Shown: positions 38,647 through 47,532 of the stretch, piece after piece | Position numbering within the stretch: the first letter of the stretch is position 1 | How the letters are laid out: the number at the start of each line of letters is the position of its first letter | IMG/VR virus record: IMGVR_UViG_3300043570_001741 | Coordinates: 32,001 to 96,000 of that record | From: a virus | Reading direction: 5' to 3' (one strand) | DNA: 64,000 nucleotides | The notes under the pieces: model-generated | What the model was told of the DNA's origin: nothing | The model's database searches: none | What the model saw: only the letters and a program-made list of their open reading frames with translations | Made by a program: the position numbers and the translations under genes

Positions 38647-38888
38647 AAAAAGTAATAAGATTTACCGCCTCATGGTGCCAACCATGTAAAATGTTGGCTA
38701 AAACATTAGAAGATGTACAGACCAACTTACCAATTGAAATTGTCGATATTGATAAAGATTCTGATGTTGCAATCGAATATGGCATTCGTGGTGTGCCAAC
38801 ATTGGTTATGGTTGAAGATGGTACGATATTGAAACGCTTAGTTGGTATGCAGAACACAAAACAATTACAGGAATGGTTCAATGATTAA
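38643..38888 (+). CDS. Thioredoxin
   Basis: WCQPC, YGIRGVPT. Confidence 0.93.
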   Translation: MKKVIRFTASWCQPCKMLAKTLEDVQTNLPIEIVDIDKDSDVAIEYGIRGVPTLVMVEDGTILKRLVGMQNTKQLQEWFND

Positions 38889-39864
38889 AAAAACTAACAG
38901 CCGATTGACCGATGAGCGGTCAGCATTCAAACCCTTTAATTATCCATGGGCATATGATGCATGGTTGAAACATGAACAATCACATTGGTTGCATACGGAA
39001 GTACCAATGGCTGAAGATGTTAAAGATTGGAAAAAGAAACTATCTACAAGTGAGAAAGAGTTTTTGACCAATATTTTCCGTTTCTTTACACAAGGTGATA
39101 TTGACGTTGCAGGGGGTTATGTTAATAATTACTTGCCATATTTTCCACAACCAGAAGTTCGAATGATGTTGTTAGGCTTTGCAGCTCGTGAAGCATTACA
39201 CATTGCGGCTTATAGCCACTTGATTGAAACTCTTGGCCTGCCTGATACCACATACAACCAATTTATGGAGTATCAGGAGATGAAGGACAAACACGATTAT
39301 GTGATGAACATCTCAGCTCAGAATACTACAAAAGAAAATACAGCAACACATATTGCCGTGTTCTCAGCATTCACAGAGGGTATGCAACTGTTCAGCTCAT
39401 TTGTTATGTTGTTGAATTTCCCACGTACAGGTAAAATGAAGGGTATGGGTCAAATTGTTACTTGGTCTATTGTTGATGAAACAATGCATGCCGAGAACAT
39501 GATGAAGTTATTTAAGACCTATATACAAGAAAACAATGAAATCTGGAATGATGATTTGAAATCTAGAATCTACACCATTGCTGAAAAAATGGTTGAACTA
39601 GAAGATAAATTTATTGATTTGGCATTTAGTAGTGGTGAGATGGAAGGTCTTACAGCGGATGAATTGAAGAAATACATCCGTTACATTGCTGATAGAAGAC
39701 TCATTGGCCTTGGTATGAAAGGCATTTTTAAAGTTAAACGTAATCCACTCCCATGGGTTGAAGAAATGATTAATGCACCAACGCATACTAATTTCTTTGA
39801 GAACCGGTCTACTGACTATGCTAAGGCTGCTCATACTGGTACATGGGATAATGTGTGGGCTTAA
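38881..39864 (+). CDS. nrdB: Ribonucleotide reductase beta subunit
   Basis: EALH...Y, EG.QLFSSF, DE.MH, NFFE.R.TDY. Confidence 0.95.
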   Translation: MIKKTNSRLTDERSAFKPFNYPWAYDAWLKHEQSHWLHTEVPMAEDVKDWKKKLSTSEKEFLTNIFRFFTQGDIDVAGGYVNNYLPYFPQPEVRMMLLGFAAREALHIAAYSHLIETLGLPDTTYNQFMEYQEMKDKHDYVMNISAQNTTKENTATHIAVFSAFTEGMQLFSSFVMLLNFPRTGKMKGMGQIVTWSIVDETMHAENMMKLFKTYIQENNEIWNDDLKSRIYTIAEKMVELEDKFIDLAFSSGEMEGLTADELKKYIRYIADRRLIGLGMKGIFKVKRNPLPWVEEMINAPTHTNFFENRSTDYAKAAHTGTWDNVWA

Positions 39865-39891
39865 TTTAAATACAACAAAAAAAGGATTAAT

Positions 39892-40329
39892 ATGAAAAAA
39901 TTACTAGTTATCGCACTTATGGTGCCTTTCATTGCTTTTGCTCAGGGCAAACAAAAACCTGGTGTGACATATGATGCAGTATTGACCAGAGTGGTTGATG
40001 GTGATACAGTTGCATTTCAAGCCAACTTTCTACCTGAACCACTAAAGAAAGAACTTAGCATTCGTGTCTTTGGTGTTGATACACCAGAGAAAGGCCATCG
40101 TGCATTGTGCCCTAGTGAGGCCACAAGAGGTGAAGCTGCAAGTGCTTTCACTAAGGCAGCCGTAAATGCTTCAACTAAGCGCCAAGTTGTCCTAATGGAT
40201 TGGGACAAGTATGGTGGCCGTGTGTTGGGTGATGTATTACTTGATGGTAAAAGTTTGCGCCAAATGTTAATTTCAAATGGCTTTGCCCGTGAATACTATG
40301 GCGAGGCAAAACAAAGCTGGTGTAACTAA
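39892..40329 (+). CDS. Secreted thermonuclease (SNase-like)
   Basis: Signal peptide; VVDGDT, IR..GVDTPE, DKYGGRVL. Confidence 0.88.
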   Translation: MKKLLVIALMVPFIAFAQGKQKPGVTYDAVLTRVVDGDTVAFQANFLPEPLKKELSIRVFGVDTPEKGHRALCPSEATRGEAASAFTKAAVNASTKRQVVLMDWDKYGGRVLGDVLLDGKSLRQMLISNGFAREYYGEAKQSWCN

Positions 40330-40475
40330 TGGCTACACTACATCACGTATGCGATAACTGCGATTCACAATTCACAATCAAATATGATGTGGAAAAATGT
40401 GAAGATGATCCTCACTTCTGTCCATTCTGTAGCGAATACATACTAGAGAATGACACAGAAGATGAGGATGATTAA
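40329..40475 (+). CDS. 48-aa zinc-ribbon protein (not in ORF track)
   Basis: CDNC...CPFC with acidic tail; TAATG coupling on both sides. Confidence 0.7.
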   Translation: MATLHHVCDNCDSQFTIKYDVEKCEDDPHFCPFCSEYILENDTEDEDD

Positions 40476-40876
40476 TGTGGTTATATAACAATATAGAATT
40501 TACAGAAGACATGGTTGGTGATTGGTTTGGGTATATCTACGAAATCACCAACCTCATCGATGGCCGCAAGTATGTGGGTAAGAAATTATTCACACGAGCT
40601 GGTACAAAACAAATCAAAGGTAAAAAGAAAAAGGTTCGCCTTTCCTCTGGATGGGCGAACTATTGGTCTTCGTCCAGAGAATTGCAAGAAGATGTTAAAA
40701 AACTAGGAGAGAAGAACTTCAGTCGTAAGATATTGTACCTATGTAAAACTAGGTCAGAATGTTCATATAGAGAAACTAAGGAGATTTTTATCAGAGATGC
40801 ACTACTAACCACGGAGTATTATAATAGTTGGGTTTCGTGTAAGATACACAAGGCTCACGTATTGAATAAACTATGA
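40475..40876 (+). CDS. GIY-YIG endonuclease (EndoII/Seg-like)
   Basis: GYIYEITN....KYVGKK, Y.SSS, YYN. Confidence 0.8.
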   Translation: MWLYNNIEFTEDMVGDWFGYIYEITNLIDGRKYVGKKLFTRAGTKQIKGKKKKVRLSSGWANYWSSSRELQEDVKKLGEKNFSRKILYLCKTRSECSYRETKEIFIRDALLTTEYYNSWVSCKIHKAHVLNKL

Positions 40877-40920
40877 AACATTGTAAAGAACCTGATTCGT
40901 TACCTAAGAGAAGGAAAACC

Positions 40921-41667
40921 ATGGCTCGTAAGACAACCGCCAATACAATCATTGAAACCGAAAGAGTTTCAAGACCATCCAATCACCTCAGACTGAGGCT
41001 TGATGACCTTAAAACATTTGACCCGTTGACAGAAAATCAAAAACTATTCTTTGATGCATACAAACGTGGAGATTATTTTGTAGCACTACATGGTGTTGCA
41101 GGTACAGGTAAAACCTTTTGTGCCTTGTATAAGGCCATTGAAGAAGTCATGGACAAATCTAACCCATTTGCTAAGATTATTATTGTTCGCTCTGCCGTAC
41201 AGAGCCGTGAGATTGGTCACCTGCCAGGTGATGTAAATGAGAAGATGGAAATCTATCAACAACCGTATCGCCAAATCTGTGAGACACTATTTGGTCGCAA
41301 GGACGCATGGGATAGACTAGAGGAACAAGGCCACATTGAATTCATATCTACATCATTCATTCGTGGTATGTCCTTTGATGATGCTATCATTATCGTGGAT
41401 GAGATGCAGAATATGACCTTTGAAGAAATAGATACAGTTATGACCCGTGTTGGTTACCGCTCAAAGATTATATGGTGTGGTGATTACAGGCAGACCGACC
41501 TGAATAAGAAGAAGAATGACGTAACAGGCATTCTCAAATTCTTTGATGTAGCACACCACATGAATGCCTTCACTCGCATTGAGTTTACACCTGATGACAT
41601 TGTACGCTCATCATTGGTTAAAGATTACATTCTTGCCAAACTACAATATGAGGATGCAATGGACTAA
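40921..41667 (+). CDS. phoH: PhoH-like ATPase
   Basis: GVAGTGKT, GHLPG, RGMSF, DEMQN, GD..Q.D, DIVRS. Confidence 0.95.
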   Translation: MARKTTANTIIETERVSRPSNHLRLRLDDLKTFDPLTENQKLFFDAYKRGDYFVALHGVAGTGKTFCALYKAIEEVMDKSNPFAKIIIVRSAVQSREIGHLPGDVNEKMEIYQQPYRQICETLFGRKDAWDRLEEQGHIEFISTSFIRGMSFDDAIIIVDEMQNMTFEEIDTVMTRVGYRSKIIWCGDYRQTDLNKKKNDVTGILKFFDVAHHMNAFTRIEFTPDDIVRSSLVKDYILAKLQYEDAMD

Positions 41668-41746
41668 GGCAATAGAGTTCGGACTCTAGTGAAAAATGTT
41701 GCAGCTGCACATATATAATAGTATAATCACTAATATCGTAAACACT

Positions 41747-41905
41747 ATGTTCAAACTCTTTTCTTACCTATTATCCTTCTTTGAAGGCACCAGTTACCAA
41801 TCACGCTTGGACAGATACCTTTCCAATCGTAGTGTAACTGATGCATCACAGCTAGAATACTATGTCAGAGAGTTTGAACGTAATCAACATAAGGCATATC
41901 TGTGA
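41747..41905 (+). CDS. DUF3563-like small protein
   Basis: R.DRYL....D..QLE...R..ER pattern. Confidence 0.55.
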   Translation: MFKLFSYLLSFFEGTSYQSRLDRYLSNRSVTDASQLEYYVREFERNQHKAYL

Positions 41906-42029
41906 AAAACATTCTAAACACTATTTACAAAGCATTTGTAACCCTTGGTAGTTTCACTAAGGAATACCGAGAAACCAAATACGGTGCATACCGCACCGGC
42001 AAATAACCTATCGTCTAAGGAGATAAACC

Positions 42030-42278
42030 ATGGCCAATTCTATTTTTACACCATTATATTTTGCAAACTACTTCGTTGACCAAGTACAAGATGCAAAGAA
42101 CAAGGTCGTTGACACATTCGTGTTTGATGACAAAATCAAAGAATCTATTAAAGATTTCGTTGAAGCACAACGCTCATTCACAAAACAAGTGAACCGTACA
42201 ACCAATGAGGTGGCTGAGTTGACTACAGTAACTCTCAAAGAAATGGCTGAGAAGACAGTCAAAGCCGCTAAGATTTAA
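42030..42278 (+). CDS. Phasin-like amphipathic helical protein
   Basis: AAGGAG RBS; FVD.VQ.AK...V..FV...FV.AQ..F.K pattern. Confidence 0.45.
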   Translation: MANSIFTPLYFANYFVDQVQDAKNKVVDTFVFDDKIKESIKDFVEAQRSFTKQVNRTTNEVAELTTVTLKEMAEKTVKAAKI

Positions 42279-42314
42279 TTGTTATACATATGCTTTGGAG
42301 GATATCTGAAGCAT

Positions 42315-42569
42315 ATGAAAAAACTAGTAGCGCATCGTGCAAATAAACGATTTATGGATATAGCATTCAAATCACAATCGTGGCAACCAACTGAACGCAA
42401 TGGATGGATTATAAAATTCTCCATTTTTAATGATGACAAGATATTGTTTGTGTTTCTCTCCAGATATACAGGCCAGACAGTTATCAGAGAGTTTGGTGAT
42501 GAAGATGCCGCTGTGGACTATATCAACCTCATAACCGATTTAGATGCCGAAGAATGGCACGTACTATAA
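42315..42569 (+). CDS. Hypothetical protein
   Basis: GGAGG RBS. Confidence 0.6.
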   Translation: MKKLVAHRANKRFMDIAFKSQSWQPTERNGWIIKFSIFNDDKILFVFLSRYTGQTVIREFGDEDAAVDYINLITDLDAEEWHVL

Positions 42570-42577
42570 TCAGGTAT

Positions 42578-42604
42578 AAACCCGCTTCGGCGGGTTTTCT
42601 TTTT
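42578..42604 (+). terminator. Intrinsic terminator
   Basis: AAACCCGC-TTCG-GCGGGTTT then T-run. Confidence 0.9.
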
Positions 42605-42669
42605 GGCCACTATATAATTGTACCGCAATAAAATTATGGTTAGTATATAATGTTACATTAGGAGGAAAC

Positions 42670-42891
42670 ATGAATGATAAGTTGAAAGAGATTGCCCTAC
42701 ATGCAGGTGGCAGTCATTACCCTGTTGTTGGTGGGGAAACACTAGAGAAATTTGCCCGTCTATTGATTGCCGAGTGCATTGATGCGGTAAAGAATACACC
42801 AACAACAGCCGCATTTACTACATTTGACAAAGCTGTGGTTGATAATACGATTGCAAATAGTGTCAAAGCCATTGAGCAGAGGTTTCTATGA
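42670..42891 (+). CDS. Hypothetical protein (EKFA.L...C family)
   Basis: AGGAGG RBS; paralogous to ORFs at 50726 and 50914. Confidence 0.7.
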   Translation: MNDKLKEIALHAGGSHYPVVGGETLEKFARLLIAECIDAVKNTPTTAAFTTFDKAVVDNTIANSVKAIEQRFL

Positions 42892-43307
42892 AAATAGGCT
42901 TTACCTGTTCGGCATTTGATTTACTACATGCCGGTCACATTCTAATGCTCAAAGAGGCAAAGGCACAATGTGACCACCTGATTGTTGGGTTACAGACTGA
43001 CCCAACCATTGACAGAGCAACTAAGAATAAACCTATCCAAAGCGTCTTGGAACGATACATCCAACTGTCCGCAGTAAAGTATGTGGATGAGATAGTGGTT
43101 TATGAAACAGAGCATGACCTGTTACAAATACTCAAGGCATACAATATTGATATTCGGGTATTAGGAGAAGAATATGAGAACAAGCCATTTACTGGCCATG
43201 ACCTACGAATTGAAACACACTTCAATAAACGTACCCATAGTTTTTCCACTACCGAATTGAGAAACCGTGTCATTGACAGGTACAATGAGCAGGAGTATAA
43301 GAAATGA
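42888..43307 (+). CDS. Glycerol-3-phosphate cytidylyltransferase-like (TagD family)
   Basis: FDLLHAGH, LIVGLQ.D, YVDE, R.H.FSTT.LR. Confidence 0.88.
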   Translation: MKIGFTCSAFDLLHAGHILMLKEAKAQCDHLIVGLQTDPTIDRATKNKPIQSVLERYIQLSAVKYVDEIVVYETEHDLLQILKAYNIDIRVLGEEYENKPFTGHDLRIETHFNKRTHSFSTTELRNRVIDRYNEQEYKK

Positions 43308-43421
43308 TAGACCTCATAAATGCCTTTATGATGGGTGTATTTGCCACACTACTGTATCAAATTGTGAGAGAATTAGACCTCGTTGGTAATTTAATACAAT
43401 TATTTAAAGATTGGTCTAATA

Positions 43422-43673
43422 ATGAGCAAACAAGAAGATAAAGACAAACGAAGCAGCCGCATTCATGCCGATGAAACTGCTGTTAAGAAACAGGTTAAGA
43501 TTGCTAAAGTGCATGGCATTGAGGTGAAAGAACCTCATAAGTTTGCCAAGCACCATGCGCTAGATTGCGGCAACCCTAATTGTCCAATGTGTGCTAGTCC
43601 ACGTAGAATATACAAAGAGCCAACTATACAAGAGAAATCATTTCAACAAACTGAAAATTGGAATAAAGAGTGA
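43422..43673 (+). CDS. Hypothetical protein with C..P.C..C motif
   Basis: CGNPNCPMC.SPR. Confidence 0.65.
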   Translation: MSKQEDKDKRSSRIHADETAVKKQVKIAKVHGIEVKEPHKFAKHHALDCGNPNCPMCASPRRIYKEPTIQEKSFQQTENWNKE

Positions 43674-44017
43674 ATCATTATCAAAACTATAACATTAATG
43701 GCGATGTGTACCGAGACACCGAGGTCTATTCTGTTATAGATAACCTACAGTTGGATAAGCTTGTATTGTCTCAGGTCACCTTGCATAAGCATCAGGAGAC
43801 TAGAGGCCATGTGCATGATGGCTGTGAAGAAGTATATTTCTTCCAGTTTGGCCAAGGTCATATGGTTATTGGTACTGAGTCTGAAACCGTAACTGCTGGT
43901 TCTATTGTATTGGTGCCAGATGGCCAGTTTCATAGAGTTATCAATACAGGCCTATCCGACCTTGTATTTCATACAGTTTACAACAAGACACAAAGCAGAA
44001 CAGTATATGCAAAATAA
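43670..44017 (+). CDS. Cupin-domain protein
   Basis: GH.H...EE.Y.F..G.G, VP.G.FHRV.N. Confidence 0.85.
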   Translation: MNHYQNYNINGDVYRDTEVYSVIDNLQLDKLVLSQVTLHKHQETRGHVHDGCEEVYFFQFGQGHMVIGTESETVTAGSIVLVPDGQFHRVINTGLSDLVFHTVYNKTQSRTVYAK

Positions 44018-44189
44018 CCATTGGGGTGAACCGGATGATATCGAGCCAATGCCAGATTGGATGTTGGCTGAGACACACCGCAACCCGAACTACAGACCAT
44101 CCAGAGGCAAGAGTTTAACCGAGATGATTGAAGATGCCTTGAAGAAACCTCCAGTACCAATTATCATACAGGAACCAAGAAATGATTAA
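44007..44189 (+). CDS. Hypothetical protein
   Basis: Coupled ORF filling the gap. Confidence 0.45.
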   Translation: MQNNHWGEPDDIEPMPDWMLAETHRNPNYRPSRGKSLTEMIEDALKKPPVPIIIQEPRND

Positions 44190-44595
44190 CTTTAAAACCT
44201 TTCTTAATGAACGTGTCCGAGTTGGCCGAGTACAACGCTTTGGCGCCAAGGCACATGATGAGTGGCGTAAGAACTTTGACCCAACAGGTACCAAAGAACG
44301 AATTAAGGACAATAGTGATGGTACAAAGGGCAATATCAATGTGCCGTTTGATAAATTACATCCTGATTGGAAACGAGAAAACCTTGCCGCAGGTAAGGCT
44401 GCAATGGATGCTAACAGAATACATCCAAAAGATACTGAAAAGGCTGCAGAGCATGTCCACAATGAGTGGATGAAACGTAATCCAAAGGGTGAACACAATG
44501 CCTCTCAGCATGTACCATATAACCAACTATCTGAACCTGAGAAAGAAAAAGATAGAGTCCATGTCCGAAGAATGCAGAGGATAAAGAATAGATGA
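44182..44595 (+). CDS. RyR-repeat-like protein with capsid-targeting-like N-terminus
   Basis: MINFKTFLNE; two H.EW...VP(F/Y)..L repeats, EKEKDR. Confidence 0.55.
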   Translation: MINFKTFLNERVRVGRVQRFGAKAHDEWRKNFDPTGTKERIKDNSDGTKGNINVPFDKLHPDWKRENLAAGKAAMDANRIHPKDTEKAAEHVHNEWMKRNPKGEHNASQHVPYNQLSEPEKEKDRVHVRRMQRIKNR

Positions 44596-44798
44596 TTGAA
44601 TTCAAAGATTTACAATCGGATGATCCGATTATTCAAGGAGAACTTGATATGCTAAAAGAACTAAACCCTGTATTCCTACGCATAGAAGAACTGCCGGATG
44701 ATTATGAAATGACGCCTTACCATGACCATTGATTTCATTATTTTTATTGCAATAATAGTCGTTACCATTTGTGTAATAGCATGGGACAAGAACAAGTG

Positions 44799-45041
44799 AT
44801 GCACCAGAAGATGAGTAATCCAACCAATATTCCAACACCTCAAACCTTCCACGTTGAGATGATGATAGACCCTGTACTATTTGAAAAGATAATGAGTGAT
44901 GAGAAATACAAAGAGCATATCAAAGACAGGTTAGCCATTGATTTGGCCAAACATTTGCTTGAGAGTGCCCGTACCACATTCACCTATTCAGAGGACATTG
45001 ATAGTGATAACTACTATGTCCGTGCGAAGATAATAGTATGA
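44799..45041 (+). CDS. Hypothetical protein (start uncertain)
   Basis: Stop overlaps the next ATG. Confidence 0.45.
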   Translation: MHQKMSNPTNIPTPQTFHVEMMIDPVLFEKIMSDEKYKEHIKDRLAIDLAKHLLESARTTFTYSEDIDSDNYYVRAKIIV

Positions 45042-45538
45042 AACTAGATTTTTGTGCCGTTTGCGGTGTAACAACCGATTTACACCAACACCATATAGAA
45101 CCAGTCATTATGACCGGTGTTAAAAGAAAAAAACTAAAAGGTTATGATCCGAATAAGAAGCTGAAAGAGTGTGAACCGACTGAAGTATTTGCTTGGTTAT
45201 TTGACCAAGGCATTATATCCGATGATGGTGAGATAACCGTATGCTCATATCATCATCACCTGATCCACGGTATAGTTAAATTTCAATTAGCAGAACATCA
45301 TAAGTTAATTAGAGAAGGCCAACAAAAGGCTCGAGCAAGAGGTGTAAAATTTGGTAGACCAACTAAACAAGATGACCAAACTATATTCAAAGTAAAAGAA
45401 TTAAGAGAATCCGGTGTAGGTATTAAGAAAATTGCTAAAGAACTTAGCCTTGGTATAGGTACGGTCTATAGTATAATGGAAAAGACCAATGAACCAACCT
45501 TTGCGGACATGTATAAGGATCGGTATAATAATGGATGA
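45038..45538 (+). CDS. HNH-like domain plus resolvase-type HTH
   Basis: CAVC..HQHH...C..HH..IH; G.KFGRP and IAKEL..G.GTVY. Confidence 0.6.
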   Translation: MKLDFCAVCGVTTDLHQHHIEPVIMTGVKRKKLKGYDPNKKLKECEPTEVFAWLFDQGIISDDGEITVCSYHHHLIHGIVKFQLAEHHKLIREGQQKARARGVKFGRPTKQDDQTIFKVKELRESGVGIKKIAKELSLGIGTVYSIMEKTNEPTFADMYKDRYNNG

Positions 45539-46103
45539 AATATACCAACCAGACCACTGGCGTAGTATATCCAGACTAGTCTCCGACATTGCCTTGCCTA
45601 TCTTTCCACATATAAAAGGGAAGAAACTAAAGTCGGAGATTATGTCCAACCTGTTCGAAACCCAATCGGCCAAGTATTTCAATTCAATTAATATACCAAC
45701 CCAATCTGCTCAGAACGACCGAGAACCAGACCTATTATTCACCGACCATTCAGTTGAGATAAAGGTTTCTGGTATAGACCATCCATTCACCAAGAATGCT
45801 AAGTGGATGGGTGGTAAGTATAGTAAGAGAGAATGTGATTATATCTTTATCCTCTGGTACTACCAACAACCAACCGATAATTATATCATAGAAGAACCAG
45901 AATACCTGTCCTTTGCCATAATCCAATGCCATTCCACTATAGAGGACTGGAAGACAATAGACAACGATAAGAATAATTACTATGCCACCGTTATGTCCCT
46001 TGATAGAATCTATAGTAAACCACATAGAATACTGTTAGGGAATAAGGTGATAGATGATATAGTCCTTGAGAATACCTATGAAACCAAAAACATTCACATA
46101 TAA
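45531..46103 (+). CDS. Putative PD-(D/E)xK restriction-like endonuclease
   Basis: EPDL.....VEIK. Confidence 0.45.
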   Translation: MDEIYQPDHWRSISRLVSDIALPIFPHIKGKKLKSEIMSNLFETQSAKYFNSINIPTQSAQNDREPDLLFTDHSVEIKVSGIDHPFTKNAKWMGGKYSKRECDYIFILWYYQQPTDNYIIEEPEYLSFAIIQCHSTIEDWKTIDNDKNNYYATVMSLDRIYSKPHRILLGNKVIDDIVLENTYETKNIHI

Positions 46104-46305
46104 CGAAATAATAAAATTCTTCCTGGCCAATGGTCTGCCACTATCAGATAAACAAGTATATCTAATAGGGACAAAGGTAAAGGAAGAACTGGCCGCATTA
46201 GAGATATACCATATAGAGCAGAAGAAAAAGCGAGAGGCCAAGATGCTTAAAATGGTAAAAAGAAAAGAATCCAAACAAAAAAGTAAAACCTCTGTGGATA
46301 ACTAG
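46078..46305 (+). CDS. Basic hypothetical protein
   Basis: Lys-rich ORF. Confidence 0.45.
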   Translation: MKPKTFTYNEIIKFFLANGLPLSDKQVYLIGTKVKEELAALEIYHIEQKKKREAKMLKMVKRKESKQKSKTSVDN

Positions 46306-46323
46306 TGTATAACCTGTGTATAA
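46293..46323 (-). promoter_or_regulatory. Three tandem DnaA-box-like 9-mers with 11-bp periodicity
   Basis: Plus strand TGTGGATAA, AGTGTATAA, TGTGTATAA; two match TTWTNCACA exactly. Confidence 0.6.
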
Positions 46324-46369
46324 GTAGGTAGTAACCGACCTGTAGTAAACCAGCGAGAATCCGTGACCA

Positions 46370-46666
46370 ATGAGTGGCCAATATAAATTAAAAGAATGTC
46401 CGACCTGTAATAAAGAACACCGTAAACGTGGACTATTCTGCAGCCAATCGTGCTCTAATGTTGACCGACCTGTTACTGATAATATGCGAAGTGCTATGCG
46501 TAAGGTCGCCGTAGAGTATAATAGAACGCCTGAGGCCATCGCAAAACAGAAAATGATTGGTACCCCGTTGGCCAGTTTGACTATCGAAGATTTTGCCGTA
46601 GATATACCAGACCTGCCACCTGACCTCTCAGATTGGTCAGAGTATGATAAAGCGTCAGACTGGTAG
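46370..46666 (+). CDS. Zinc-finger hypothetical protein
   Basis: CPTC...FCSQSC. Confidence 0.6.
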   Translation: MSGQYKLKECPTCNKEHRKRGLFCSQSCSNVDRPVTDNMRSAMRKVAVEYNRTPEAIAKQKMIGTPLASLTIEDFAVDIPDLPPDLSDWSEYDKASDW

Positions 46667-46739
46667 TTGAAAACGAAAGTTCTCATTTTTCCATAGTAGC
46701 CAGCCGCCATGTCCACCCCAGCCGCTTTCGAATGGTACC

Positions 46740-46768
46740 ATTATACCCGAAACCGCTGCTTTTGTCAA
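46740..46768 (-). promoter_or_regulatory. Perfect-consensus leftward sigma70 promoter
   Basis: Reverse complement reads TTGACA-17-TATAAT. Confidence 0.8.
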
Positions 46769-46787
46769 CCCCCCCCACCGCTACGCC

Positions 46788-46844
46788 GTTGCAGGCATAC
46801 AACAGCCAAATAACGCTTGACAATCCCACTGGTTCTGTTATACT
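46788..46844 (+). promoter_or_regulatory. Early promoter with GTTG-N8-CAAC palindrome
   Basis: Palindrome 46788-46803; TTGACA-16-TATACT. Confidence 0.8.
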
Positions 46845-46879
46845 TACAGGTGTTCCGTTGAAAAGTAAAGGTTTTGGAT

Positions 46880-47098
46880 ATGGGCTGGAATAAGAATGGT
46901 TCTACTGTAATGGCTGATTATCTTGGCCAAAAGGTTACTGGTATTGTTACTGAGAGCCGTGTTAAGTATGGTGGTCAGGTACAATATACTCTGGCTGTTG
47001 ATAATATCTTTATTAATGTCCGCGGTGATTATGCCAATATCTTATTGGTTGACGAGGATAATATAATGGTTGATTTTGGAGTTATTAATGATGTTTAA
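46880..47098 (+). CDS. Early hypothetical protein
   Basis: G.V.ESRVKYGG.V motif; follows a promoter. Confidence 0.65.
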   Translation: MGWNKNGSTVMADYLGQKVTGIVTESRVKYGGQVQYTLAVDNIFINVRGDYANILLVDEDNIMVDFGVINDV

Positions 47099-47255
47099 TG
47101 AGATTAATTATGAGCTTGAGGTTATTGCTGATAGCTTGAAAATGGAGCTGGTTAATCAGCAATACCATGATATGGTGCAGGAGATAATGGCTGGTTTCTA
47201 TGAGGCCGTGGATGAAGCCTGTGAATTTGACCGAATAGTTGACCTGGCCGTGTGA
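47088..47255 (+). CDS. Early acidic hypothetical protein
   Basis: GGAG RBS. Confidence 0.5.
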   Translation: MMFNEINYELEVIADSLKMELVNQQYHDMVQEIMAGFYEAVDEACEFDRIVDLAV

Positions 47256-47271
47256 GAACCTTTTTCTACGG

Positions 47272-47325
47272 TTGACAATCCCACTGGTTCTGTTATCCTC
47301 TATCCATAGATTAAGAAAGCAAGAA
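47272..47325 (+). promoter_or_regulatory. Repeated early promoter/leader cassette
   Basis: TTGACAATCCCACTGGTTCTGTTAT is identical to 46817; leader resembles those at 47498 and 48427. Confidence 0.75.
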
Positions 47326-47475
47326 ATGAAATTCAAGTGCAAAACCTGTGATAAAAAATTCTTCAGCAATGTTGTTTTTGAGCAACACTCCTGTGTGAAA
47401 GCTTATGAGAAAATGACACTTGAGCAATTGTTGCAAGAATACAACAATGCTAAAAATAGTGCTAAAAGCGCTTGA
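47326..47475 (+). CDS. Small zinc-finger protein
   Basis: CKTC.K.F......H.C. Confidence 0.5.
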   Translation: MKFKCKTCDKKFFSNVVFEQHSCVKAYEKMTLEQLLQEYNNAKNSAKSA

Positions 47476-47499
47476 CATTCTTGCCTGTTCTGTTATACT
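47430..47499 (+). promoter_or_regulatory. Early promoter with GTTG-N8-CAAC palindrome
   Basis: Palindrome 47430-47445; TTGACA-16-TATACT. Confidence 0.75.
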
Positions 47500-47532
47500 C
47501 TATCCATAGATTGAAATTTTAAAGGAAACTAA

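Noticed and set aside
9000-39864. Introns or inteins in gp43, gp41, thyX, nrdA or nrdB
   Set aside because: All are continuous and of compact length, with no evident insertions.
1066-43933. Numerous minus-strand ORFs opposite core genes
   Set aside because: Antisense shadows of well-supported plus-strand genes, with no motifs or RBS.
46324-46350. TAG repeats as DnaA-trios
   Set aside because: Too few, out of register, and on the opposite side of the boxes from the usual arrangement.
46198-46716. 172-aa minus-strand ORF downstream of the leftward promoter
   Set aside because: It is antisense to a plausible zinc-finger gene and has no recognisable motif; translation is not excluded but is unsupported.
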